Below, in pieces: positions 52,907 to 61,768 of a stretch of DNA of 64,000 bases. Source of the stretch: an uncultured Bacilli bacterium (GTDB taxonomy: Bacteria; Bacillota_I; Bacilli_A; RF39; UBA660); the NCBI GenBank assembly GCA_934085675.1, contig CAKOHH010000005.1, positions 899 to 64,898 on the forward strand, given 5' to 3'. Position numbers and translations under genes: made by a program. The notes below the pieces were generated by a model. That model was not told the origin of the DNA. It saw only the letters and a program-made list of their open reading frames with translations, and did no database searches. Position 1 is the stretch's first letter, and each line of letters starts with the position of its first letter.

Positions 52907-53015
52907 TCTTTCATAAAGAAAATAAAATCCGATTGTAGATTATATTGTTTTGTAAAATTGTTAGAAAATTAATTTTGTATCATACAGAGTACAAAATTTT
53001 CCTTAAAATTATAAT

Positions 53016-53043
53016 TTGAATAATTACTGATGTTTAGTATAAT
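53016..53043 (+). promoter_or_regulatory. Sigma-A-type promoter upstream of the UPF0158-like gene
   Basis: TTGAAT, 16 nt, TATAAT. Confidence 0.5.
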
Positions 53044-53137
53044 AATAACAGATTAATGTATTTACTAATTTAGTATGAAAATATATATATTTAAAAAAGT
53101 AAAGACAGCAAGTACTGTAAAAAAAGGCGTGAGGAAA

Positions 53138-53548
53138 ATGATAAAATTATCAAAAATAATAGAAGCTCTAGAAGATGTTGATATTAATATGACCGCGTAT
53201 TATAATACTAAAACAAATGAAATACTGTGGCAAAATGGTATTGAGCCAGAATATTCGACTTATAAAAAAGAGGATGAATTTAATGATGAAGTTATCTTTA
53301 TGTTTGATTTTACTTCTAAAAATGATTATGATATTATGCTTCAGTTTATTTATACGATAGATAACATTGAGTTAAAAATGTTTTTGATATCTCAAGTAAA
53401 TGGTCGTGGTGCCTTTAAAAGATTTAGAATAGCTATTGATACTTATAGTTTAACTGAAAAATGGTATAAGTTTAGGGATGAAAAATATAAAGAAATTGCT
53501 ATCAATTGGTGTGAAGATAATCACATTAAATATGAAAAAGATTGTTAA
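53138..53548 (+). CDS. UPF0158-like small cytoplasmic protein
   Basis: MIKLSKIIEALEDVD...AYYNTKTNEILW N-terminal pattern of UPF0158. ATG 53138 follows a GAGG SD; the ORF track start at 53075 is unlikely. Confidence 0.5.
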   Translation: MIKLSKIIEALEDVDINMTAYYNTKTNEILWQNGIEPEYSTYKKEDEFNDEVIFMFDFTSKNDYDIMLQFIYTIDNIELKMFLISQVNGRGAFKRFRIAIDTYSLTEKWYKFRDEKYKEIAINWCEDNHIKYEKDC

Positions 53549-53597
53549 ATAAAAAATGAAAAAAGCTGTACGAAATTACTTTATTTCATTATAGCCC

Positions 53598-53915
53598 TTA
53601 TTTTAGTGATTTTTTATCAATTATTTCAATGTATTTTATTGAATGTATTAAAACGAATAAGCCAAGTAAAAAATCAAGAATATCTGCAGATAATATAGTA
53701 AGCATCATCAGTATTCCAATAATTATCCCAATTATACCAGCGTTTTTATTTCCTTTTTTTGCCTCATTATAACCTATAAATAAAATCACAGCGTATACAA
53801 GTGAAAAAAAATTAGCCTTATTTATTAGTGTAAAAAAGAAAATTATTAAGTCCAATATAAATAATACTAGCATATCATTTTTTAAATTTTTTTGTGCCTT
53901 CTCAAACTCCGTCAT
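53598..53915 (-). CDS. Small membrane protein (105 aa, 3 TM)
   Basis: The Met at 53915 is preceded by GGAGG on the minus strand. Hydrophobic helices. No family assigned. Confidence 0.5.
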   Translation of the reverse strand: MTEFEKAQKNLKNDMLVLFILDLIIFFFTLINKANFFSLVYAVILFIGYNEAKKGNKNAGIIGIIIGILMMLTILSADILDFLLGLFVLIHSIKYIEIIDKKSLK

Positions 53916-54068
53916 TTGTTTACCTCCTATATTTAAGATTATTATAGCATACGTTTTGATATAATGTGAAATTTTAAAAACTATTAGTAACTTAGAATGT
54001 AGTTTTTTCAAAATGGATATGTCATAAAATTATTTATAAATGATTTAATAATGGTAAAAAATATATAT

Positions 54069-54097
54069 TTGCTAATACCCTGCAGGGGTGTTATAAT
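54069..54097 (+). promoter_or_regulatory. cop promoter with a CsoR-type GC-rich operator filling the spacer
   Basis: -35 TTGCTA (54069-74), a 17-nt spacer ATACCCTGCAGGGGTGT containing ACCC-N5-GGGT, and extended -10 TGtTATAAT (54089-97). Confidence 0.6.
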
Positions 54098-54143
54098 GCT
54101 TTTAGCAGAGCTAAAAAAACTCTAAAATAAGTCAGGAGTCTTT

Positions 54144-54319
54144 ATGTATGTAACTTACATTAAAATAGATGGTATCCATTGTGATAATTATCGTAAAAAG
54201 ATAAAAGAAAAATTATTAAAAGAGAAAGATATAAAAAAGTAGAGATAAATAAAAATATGGCTAAAATTATTTCTTCTAAAAAATTAGATGATGAAAACTA
54301 TTTTGAGGTGAAAAAATGA
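54144..54319 (+). pseudogene. Degenerate, frameshifted HMA (CopZ-like) mini-gene upstream of copA
   Basis: MYVTYIKIDGIHCDNYRKKIKEKLLKEKDIKK then a stop. The -1 frame continues VEINKNMAKIISSKKLDDENYFEVKK and ends in an ATGA overlap with copA. The shift sits at an A6 run (54233-54238). CxxC is decayed to CDNY. Confidence 0.6.
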
Positions 54320-56517
54320 AAAAAATAATTTTAAGAATAGAAGGTATGACTTGCAGTGCTTGTTCAAGTAGTCTTGAAAAATATTTACTAAAACAAAAAG
54401 GCATTGAGGATGCTTTAGTAAATTTAGTCATGTCTTCTGCAAGTATAAGTTATGACGATAGTCTTACCGAGGATGATTTAAATCAATTTGTGAAAGAAGC
54501 AGGTTTTAAATCTTTAGGTGTTTATCAAGAGCAGGAAGAAAAAGAGTCTCATAAAAAAGTGTACTTTGCTATTAATGGCTTACTAGCATTATTTGTTTTA
54601 TATGTTTCTATGTCTCACATGGTTCATTTGCCTGTCATACCTTTTCTAAATATGATGACATATCCTTTGAATTACGCGTTTTGTTTATTTCTGTTTAGCC
54701 TCTATTTCTTATATTTTGGTAAAGACATTATTATAAGTGGTATTAAAAATATCAAATATAAATCGCCCAACATGGATACACTTGTTATGTTAGGGGTTAT
54801 GGCAAGTTTTTTATTAAGTACATTTAACTTAGGAATGATTTTAAAAGGAAATACCGATTATGTTGAGAATCTATATTTTGAAAGTGTCTGTGTTATTCTT
54901 TACTTAATTAAGTTTGGAAGATATATAGATAATATCAGTAAGGAAAAAACAAAAGAAGCCATAAAAGGATTAGTAACTATCACCCCTAATAAAGCCCTTC
55001 TTTTTAAGGATAATGCAGAAAAAGAAGTATCTATAGATGAGGTAAAAAAAGGAGATATTTTAATAACAAGACCTGGAAATCGTTTTGCCGTAGATGGCAT
55101 CGTGGTTAAAGGACATTCTCATGTTGATGAATCTTTTATCAGTGGGGAATCAACGCCTGTAAAAAAAGGTGAAAATGATAAAGTCGTAGCAGGTTCTATT
55201 AATTTAGACGGTGAAATTTTTTATAAAGCTGTAAATATTGGCAAAGAGTCTACCATATCAGAAATTGTTAGATTAGTCGTTGAAGCTACCAATGCGAAAG
55301 CCCCTATCGCGCGTATTGCCGATAAAGTAAGTGGTGTTTTTGTTCCGATTGTTATTGTTCTTTCTCTTTTAACATTTATTATTCACTTGTTATTAGGATT
55401 TACTTTTAGTGATTCTATTGTTTATCTTGTCAGTGTTCTTGTTTGTGCTTGTCCTTGTGCTTTAGGACTTGCTACTCCTCTTGCAATTGTTGTCAGTGAA
55501 GGATTATGTGCTAAAAATGGAATTTTAGTAAAGAAATCAGCGATACTTGAAAATGCTAACAAAGTAAATGTTGTTGTTTTTGATAAAACGGGCACTTTAA
55601 CTTATGGCAATTTAAGAATTTCTAAGGTAATAAATAAATCTTCTTATTCTGAGGACGATTTATTAAAACTTGTTTCTTCTTTAGAGATAAAATCCACTCA
55701 TCCTATTGCCGGTGCCTTTAAAACTTATTTAGAAGATAATAATTTAAAAACATTAGAAGTCGAAAATTTTAAAAATATTCTCGGCGTAGGCTTATCAGGA
55801 AAAATAAATGATAAAGAATATTTGTTAGGTAGTCATAAAATTTTAGAACAATACCATATTGATAATGAACTTTTAAGTGCCGAAGAAGATTTATCACAAA
55901 ATGGTAATAGTATTGTTTATGTTGCTGAAAATAAAAAGGTCATTGCTCTAATCGGTGTAAAAGATATTATTAGAGATAATGCTAAAGAAGTTGTAAAAAA
56001 ACTAAAAGAATTAAATAAAGAAGTTATCATGCTAACAGGCGATAATGAAGTAACCGCTAAAAATATTGCTCAAAGTATTGGTATAGAAAAGGTCATTCCA
56101 GAAGTGTCTCCTAAGGATAAAGCCGAAGAAATAAAAAAATTAAAAGCCAAAGGTCTAAAAGTGATGATGGTAGGAGATGGTATCAATGACGCGCCAAGTT
56201 TATCCATTGCTGATATTGGAGTCAGTTTAAATTCTGCTATTGACATTGCAGCTGATTCGGCAGATGTCATTTTGATGCGAAATGATTTGAATTCTATTTA
56301 TCATTTATTTGATATTAGTCAAAAAACGTTGCATAATATAAAAGGCAATTTGTTCTGGGCTTTTTTCTATAATGCTTGCATGATACCTATCGCCTGTGGC
56401 TTATTTGAATTTATAGGTGTTAAAATGAATCCGATGCTTGCTGGTCTTACAATGACCTTATCTAGTTTTACTGTCATAATAAATGCTTTAAAACTAAAAA
56501 AATGGAAAGGAAAATAA
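54316..56517 (+). CDS. copA: Copper-translocating P1B-type ATPase
   Basis: N-terminal HMA GMTCSACSS, TM6 CPC motif (CACPCALGLATP), DKTGTLT, GDGINDAP. Confidence 0.96.
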   Translation: MKKIILRIEGMTCSACSSSLEKYLLKQKGIEDALVNLVMSSASISYDDSLTEDDLNQFVKEAGFKSLGVYQEQEEKESHKKVYFAINGLLALFVLYVSMSHMVHLPVIPFLNMMTYPLNYAFCLFLFSLYFLYFGKDIIISGIKNIKYKSPNMDTLVMLGVMASFLLSTFNLGMILKGNTDYVENLYFESVCVILYLIKFGRYIDNISKEKTKEAIKGLVTITPNKALLFKDNAEKEVSIDEVKKGDILITRPGNRFAVDGIVVKGHSHVDESFISGESTPVKKGENDKVVAGSINLDGEIFYKAVNIGKESTISEIVRLVVEATNAKAPIARIADKVSGVFVPIVIVLSLLTFIIHLLLGFTFSDSIVYLVSVLVCACPCALGLATPLAIVVSEGLCAKNGILVKKSAILENANKVNVVVFDKTGTLTYGNLRISKVINKSSYSEDDLLKLVSSLEIKSTHPIAGAFKTYLEDNNLKTLEVENFKNILGVGLSGKINDKEYLLGSHKILEQYHIDNELLSAEEDLSQNGNSIVYVAENKKVIALIGVKDIIRDNAKEVVKKLKELNKEVIMLTGDNEVTAKNIAQSIGIEKVIPEVSPKDKAEEIKKLKAKGLKVMMVGDGINDAPSLSIADIGVSLNSAIDIAADSADVILMRNDLNSIYHLFDISQKTLHNIKGNLFWAFFYNACMIPIACGLFEFIGVKMNPMLAGLTMTLSSFTVIINALKLKKWKGK

Positions 56518-56520
56518 AAT

Positions 56521-56751
56521 ATGTTTCATAAAAAGATTAGAAAAATAGTTACTATTGAAGGTATGATGTGTAATCATTGCAAAAATAAAGTAGAAAGTTC
56601 TTTAAAAGGACTAGAAAATGTGACGAAGGTTAAAGTGAATTTAGCTAATAAAAGGGCTGAAATTTATTCAAATGCCGTGATTAGTGATGAAGATATTAAA
56701 AAAACTATTACAAATCTTGGTTACCAAGTAACTAGTATTGAAGGAAAATGA
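56521..56751 (+). CDS. copZ: Copper chaperone CopZ (HMA domain)
   Basis: 76 aa, GMMCNHCKNKVE metal-binding loop. Lies directly after copA. Confidence 0.9.
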   Translation: MFHKKIRKIVTIEGMMCNHCKNKVESSLKGLENVTKVKVNLANKRAEIYSNAVISDEDIKKTITNLGYQVTSIEGK

Positions 56752-56753
56752 TT

Positions 56754-56819
56754 ATGAAAAGAATAGTTGTTCTTTTCATACTATTTACTTTTATTTTTTC
56801 GGTAACTGGATGTAATTAA
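56754..56819 (+). other. 21-codon ORF consisting only of a lipoprotein signal peptide plus Cys-Asn
   Basis: MKRIVVLFILFTFIFSVTGCN then a stop. Lipobox SVTGC. In frame after the TAA the sequence reads KETEITDDEKVKEENNG, a typical lipoprotein linker. Confidence 0.5.
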
Positions 56820-56865
56820 AAGGAAACAGAGATAACTGATGATGAAAAAGTTAAGGAGGAAAATA

Positions 56866-57819
56866 ATGGGCTATTTAGATGAGTATATTTTAGAAGTAAA
56901 AAAATACATTGCAATACATCCTGATATAACAGAACTAGAACTTATAAGATATGTTTACTTAACTCTTGGTGAAAGATTATCTTTTAATGAAAAATTTTTG
57001 CCATTTGGAAATAGTAAAACAAGACAAAATATGTATAAATATCATAGTCAATTTAAAAATGATTTAGAAGAATGCTTTAAAAACGCCAAAATCATCTGTA
57101 AATCTTCTTCTTATATTTTAGAATATATCTTAAGGTCTTTTAAAGTGGATATTAAAACATTAGTGGATCAAGATGATATAAGAAAATGTCCTCATGTTTA
57201 TAATATGATAAAGCAAAAAGATGGTCGGACTTATTTTGTTGATCTTCAAGAAGATTTATATAATATTCAATCTCATTATTTTACGAAAAATTTTGGTATT
57301 GATTCTATCAAAGAAATGAATATGGTTATTTCAAGATTCGAACAAGAACAAATAGATAGAAAAATTGGGTATATTTCATCTGATTATTATTATGCAGATG
57401 AATATTTATATTTAATTAGGCTCATTTCTGATTCTATTCCTGATTTTAGAGAAAAGGTACAATTTATTTTAGAAAATATCGACGTTTATTCTTTAGAAAA
57501 GATGGGATATACGGATATAGAATGGCATCATAAAACAATATTAGAACATTTTTTTAATAAAGATGAATTTGATTATCAAAAATCAATGGGAAAAATCAGA
57601 ATGATAGACTGTTATAAAGATATAAATGGGGAACGGAAGTATATTCTTTGTATATCTGTTCAAACTGGCCAATTAACAGACATTTATTTATATAATAGAA
57701 AACGAGCCAAATATTGTAAAGTGGATATTAGTAATTTTGCTCATGCGGTTAAAAACGGTTTAATTGTACATAATTGTTCAGTGCCCAATTTAAATAGAAT
57801 TTTAAAAAAAATCAATTAA
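56866..57819 (+). CDS. Hypothetical protein, possible transglutaminase-like Cys-His-Asp fold
   Basis: AAGGAGG SD 7 nt upstream of ATG 56866. ICKSSSY...CPHVYN...FVDLQED spacing resembles a transglutaminase-core triad. Assignment is tentative. Confidence 0.45.
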   Translation: MGYLDEYILEVKKYIAIHPDITELELIRYVYLTLGERLSFNEKFLPFGNSKTRQNMYKYHSQFKNDLEECFKNAKIICKSSSYILEYILRSFKVDIKTLVDQDDIRKCPHVYNMIKQKDGRTYFVDLQEDLYNIQSHYFTKNFGIDSIKEMNMVISRFEQEQIDRKIGYISSDYYYADEYLYLIRLISDSIPDFREKVQFILENIDVYSLEKMGYTDIEWHHKTILEHFFNKDEFDYQKSMGKIRMIDCYKDINGERKYILCISVQTGQLTDIYLYNRKRAKYCKVDISNFAHAVKNGLIVHNCSVPNLNRILKKIN

Positions 57820-58071
57820 CTGCAATTTGATTTTTAGTTTGTTCAATTCCTAGTTGATTTATATAATCATGAAAAATATTTATAATGGTGACTAGGAGAT
57901 AAAAAAACGATTATTTTAAATATCGAAATTTATCTATAACAGGAGAAATACTTTCTGAAGAAAAAGAATTATTTGATAAATTTTATCAAAATACCAAGGC
58001 ATGATTCAATAATTGTTAAAACGACAATAACATATTTAGGTAATTATCATACAATACTTTAGGTGATAAAT

Positions 58072-59256
58072 ATGGCTAAAAAAATTGTGATAGACGCAGG
58101 TCATGGGGGAGATGATCCTGGAACAAGTGCCAATGGTATTATAGAAAAAAATAAAACGTTGGAAATAAGCAAATATTTACATAAAAGGTTTGATGAACTT
58201 GGCATTGAAAATAGTATGACAAGAACAGATGATAGTACCTTAGGTCCAAAAGAAAGACCGATAAAAGCTCAAAGTTTTTATGGGAATGGGAATGATGTTT
58301 TGCTTATATCTAATCACATTAATGCCGGTGGTGGTGATGGTGCGGAAATTATTTATGCTTTGAGAAATAATGATAAATTGGCTAAGACAATAGCAAATGA
58401 ATTTATTCGCTCAGGCCAAAATGTTCGTAAGTATTATCAAAGAAGATTGCCAAGTGACCCATCTAAAGATTATTACTATATTTTAAGAGATACTCCTAAT
58501 AATGAATCTATTATTGTTGAATATGGCTTTGCAGATAGTACAGGTGATGATGTCAATCTTTTGAAAAATGATTGGCAAGAATTGGCGGAAGCTGTTGTAA
58601 GGGGTGTTGCTAATTACTTAGGAGTTGCCTATACACCAAGTAGTGGCTCGTCTAATACTTATATTGTAAAACCAGGTGATACTTTATGGACGATTGCTAG
58701 AAAATATGGTGTGACAGTTTCAGAATTAAAAGAAAAAAATAATTTAACAGATAATAGTTTATCTATTAATCAAGTTTTAATTATCCCAACTAAAGATGAA
58801 GATAATGAAAGTACATATATTGTTCAAAAAGGTGACAACCTTTATAGTATTGCCAACCGGTTTAATCTAACGGTTAATGAATTAAAGGACTTAAATAATC
58901 TTACAAGTGATTTTTTAAGCGTAGGCCAAACTCTTAAGGTTAAGAAAAATAGTCAGAGTTCTTCAGGAAATACCTATATTGTAAAACCAGGTGATAACTT
59001 ATATCAAATTGCCTTAAAAAATAACACAAGTGTTGATGAACTTAAAGCATATAATAATTTAACAAGTAATCTTTTAAGTGTAGGGCAAATCCTTAAAATT
59101 CCAACTAGTACCGAGAATGCTATTTATACAGTTTCTAAAGGCGACAATCTTTACTCCATAGCAAGAAAGTACAATACTACAGTTGATGCCATAAAAAAGC
59201 AAAATAATTTAACAAGTAATTTATTAAGTATTGGTCAAAAACTCATAATACCATAA
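58072..59256 (+). CDS. N-acetylmuramoyl-L-alanine amidase (Amidase_3) with four C-terminal LysM repeats
   Basis: IDAGHGGDDPG and SNHINAGGG motifs. Four repeats of YxVxxGDxLxxIAxKxxxxVxELKxxNNLTS. Confidence 0.9.
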   Translation: MAKKIVIDAGHGGDDPGTSANGIIEKNKTLEISKYLHKRFDELGIENSMTRTDDSTLGPKERPIKAQSFYGNGNDVLLISNHINAGGGDGAEIIYALRNNDKLAKTIANEFIRSGQNVRKYYQRRLPSDPSKDYYYILRDTPNNESIIVEYGFADSTGDDVNLLKNDWQELAEAVVRGVANYLGVAYTPSSGSSNTYIVKPGDTLWTIARKYGVTVSELKEKNNLTDNSLSINQVLIIPTKDEDNESTYIVQKGDNLYSIANRFNLTVNELKDLNNLTSDFLSVGQTLKVKKNSQSSSGNTYIVKPGDNLYQIALKNNTSVDELKAYNNLTSNLLSVGQILKIPTSTENAIYTVSKGDNLYSIARKYNTTVDAIKKQNNLTSNLLSIGQKLIIP

Positions 59257-59288
59257 AAAACAGTTCATATATTGAGCTGTTTTTTTTT
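59255..59288. terminator. Bidirectional terminator between convergent amidase and cwlJ-like genes
   Basis: AACAGTTCA/TGAGCTGTT stem flanked by an A-run and a T9 run. Confidence 0.7.
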
Positions 59289-59294
59289 AAATCG

Positions 59295-59720
59295 TTAATT
59301 ATAAATTTCACTACATTGACCTTTTTGAGGATTATAAAAACAATGTCCTTTATAACTACCAGCAAGAGGTTGGGTATACCAAGTTGATTTACAACCTTTA
59401 TTCTTAGAAGGTGCATAAAACCACAAAGCATGCGTTGCAGGATAATAATATTCTCCTTTTAAAATTCTTTCAGCTAAGTTTTTTTCTAATTTTGTTGGAC
59501 TAGCTTGGAATAAAGAACTATTTATACCCACAAATTGATTAGGTTGATAAATGGCATCATATATTGTATTGATTTTTTTAAATGTATAACAATTTGCTAA
59601 GGCTCTATTTACAACGACATTTCCAACCATAAGCATGCCAAGGTCACCTTCAGCTAATGCTTCAGCCCGCATAATTCTGGCTAATAATTCTTTTTCCTTT
59701 GCTGTATATTGAATAATCAT
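59295..59720 (-). CDS. cwlJ: Spore cortex-lytic cell wall hydrolase, CwlJ/SleB catalytic-domain family
   Basis: LLARIMRAEALAEGDLGMLMVGNVVVNR...YQPNQF...WYTQP...GHCFYNP parallels B. subtilis CwlJ over its full length of about 140 aa. Start is ATG 59720 after GGTGA. Confidence 0.8.
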   Translation of the reverse strand: MIIQYTAKEKELLARIMRAEALAEGDLGMLMVGNVVVNRALANCYTFKKINTIYDAIYQPNQFVGINSSLFQASPTKLEKNLAERILKGEYYYPATHALWFYAPSKNKGCKSTWYTQPLAGSYKGHCFYNPQKGQCSEIYN

Positions 59721-59815
59721 AATAATCACCTAAAATAGTGTATGTAAAATTTTCTTAATTGTTTTTTATATGATATTCTACAAGTATAAAATAATAATTT
59801 AAAGAGGAGAAAAAT

Positions 59816-59973
59816 TTGAAAATACAAATAATTGGTTCAGGAAGCATGTTGACAAAATTTAATAATGCTTGTTATCTTATACTAAATTAATGATTTTGCT
59901 TGATAATGGGTTTTCTAGTTGGTTTATGTTAAAATTTTTTAGAAATGTCACTTTTTTGCTATTGGACAGATAA
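59816..59973 (+). pseudogene. 5' stump of an MBL-fold hydrolase gene (frameshifted and truncated)
   Basis: LKIQIIGSGSMLTKFNNACYLILN then a stop. The +1 frame continues MILLDNGFSSWFMLKFF... then a stop. Only about 50 codons of a fold that normally needs about 250. Confidence 0.55.
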
Positions 59974-60221
59974 ACAACAAAGGTGAACTTTGTTGACAAA
60001 ATCATAATAATTGTAACTTTTATTTTTGGATATTGCCTATAACTAATTTTGCAAGTGCAAAATAAGAAATAATAGCATAAAGTCTTTATTTATATAGAAG
60101 AACTAAAGGTAGTGATATCAATTTCCTCATCCTACTTAATAATTACCAAAAATTTACTTAAAGTAACTTGAAAAAATACTATTTTTAGTATACAGTATTT
60201 TAAAAGAAGGGAGAGTTGTTA

Positions 60222-60581
60222 ATGGAAGAAGTTTTTAATGTGGGAGACCCAACAAAAGAAAATATAGATTATGCTTTTAAAAATTTGATTTTTTATATTA
60301 CAGCCTCAACTCAAATAAATATATATAATGAGCAAAAAGAGAATTTTAAAAAAGTATTTACTGAAATTATTGAGATTTTAGCAACATATGTAAATAAAGG
60401 AAGTTTAGCGTCTATAAGTGAAGAAAAATTACAAAATATAAAATTCGATTTAATTGATTTAGATACTGAAACAAAATCTTTAAAATCTTATTTTGCTGAA
60501 TGGTCATTGTTATGGTTAGATGCAATTATTTCTTTGAGAATGTCAGAAATTAAATTGGGAGGTGTTAATAATGGCAGATAG
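60222..60581 (+). CDS. Hypothetical acidic helical protein (119 aa)
   Basis: AAGGGAGAG SD before ATG 60222. No recognisable motif. 11-nt overlap with the next gene. Confidence 0.5.
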   Translation: MEEVFNVGDPTKENIDYAFKNLIFYITASTQINIYNEQKENFKKVFTEIIEILATYVNKGSLASISEEKLQNIKFDLIDLDTETKSLKSYFAEWSLLWLDAIISLRMSEIKLGGVNNGR

Positions 60582-61149
60582 AGATAAATATGGAAATTAT
60601 GTAAATGATAAAGGAGTCACTATAAAAATTAATACAGATAAAAGCGGTAATGAACACATCAGTTTTTATGGTGGTGAAGTAGATAAACCGCATGATGCAG
60701 CCCATGTTAATATAAATTATGATAAAGAATCTTGGAGTTCTACAACACATGGTCCAGATAAAAATGATACAAATTCGGGATCTGGTGGTTGTTATTTGAC
60801 TTCGGCCTGTATGAAGTATTTTCAAGAAAATTTTGATGATAATTGTTATGAATTGACAGTATTAAGGTGGTTTAGAGATAATTTTGTATCAAAAGAAGAT
60901 ATAGAACACTATTATGAAGTTGCACCTATTATTGTTGAAAGTATTAATAATGAAGAAAAATCAGATATAATATATAATTATATATATGATAATATAGTTG
61001 ACTATTGTGTTGGGCAAATAGAACAAGGAAACTATGATAAAGCGTATAGTAGGTACAAAAGTAGTGTTTTAACATTAGAAGAACAATTTGTTAGACCTAA
61101 ATTAGAAAAAAGATTAGTACAGGTTTTAAAACTAAAAAAACATAGTTAG
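60571..61149 (+). CDS. Hypothetical protein with C-terminal Cys-motif domain (GGCYLTSAC...DDNCYELTVLRWFRDNF)
   Basis: GGAGG SD before ATG 60571. The C-terminal CxxxxxC...DDxCxEL..LRxFRD pattern recurs in uncharacterised Firmicute and phage proteins as far as I recall. I cannot name the family. Confidence 0.5.
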   Translation: MADRDKYGNYVNDKGVTIKINTDKSGNEHISFYGGEVDKPHDAAHVNINYDKESWSSTTHGPDKNDTNSGSGGCYLTSACMKYFQENFDDNCYELTVLRWFRDNFVSKEDIEHYYEVAPIIVESINNEEKSDIIYNYIYDNIVDYCVGQIEQGNYDKAYSRYKSSVLTLEEQFVRPKLEKRLVQVLKLKKHS

Positions 61150-61274
61150 ATTTAGTTAACGAAATAGTTAATCTGAATTAGATAATAATATACTACATAA
61201 GCAAGTTGGAAACACTAAAAAAATACTAGAAATATCCCAGTAGGTATGTTATAATGAACTTGCTTTTGTTTTTT

Positions 61275-61348
61275 AGAGGCGTGGTATAATGGTAGCATAG
61301 GAGTCTCCAAAACTTTTGATGGGAGTTCGATTCTCTCCGCCTCTGCCA
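61275..61348 (+). tRNA. trnW: tRNA-Trp (anticodon CCA), CCA end encoded
   Basis: Acceptor stem AGAGGCG/CGCCTCT, anticodon loop CTCCAAA, T-arm GGAGTTCGATTCTCTCC, 74 nt. Confidence 0.9.
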
Positions 61349-61768
61349 TTTAGAAATCTGCTCCAACTTTTGGAGTTAAAATATCTAAAAACGTTTGATT
61401 TTAAACGGAAATCGAGCGTTTTTTGTTTTTTACAAAATGGTGTAAAAAAATGGATATTTTAATGGATGATTTGAACCAAAATGCTCAATTCGAGAAAAAA
61501 ATTGCCTAATTATGCAGTTTAAATGATGTTAAATGTAATTTAAAACAAGGTAAAATATTAATTATTCAAAATACCAATATTAGTTTCATACAATCTCATC
61601 AGATAGAAATAATTATTAAAGTTAAAATATTATTACTATTCTATTTTAATGCAGATAATTTATTTCTATATAACCGAACATTGCCTATCGATACGAAGAA
61701 ATTAGATATCTTGATTAAAGATATTAAGAATAAGGTATCATAGCGTCTGTTAAAAGAAAACTAATTAA

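Noticed and set aside
61355-61375. CTCCAACTTTTGGAG just after tRNA-Trp, considered as a duplicated anticodon-arm att scar.
   Set aside because: The match to the tRNA is only about 12 nt with an indel. It also forms a simple hairpin, so it may just be a terminator-like stem. That is too weak to call an attachment site.
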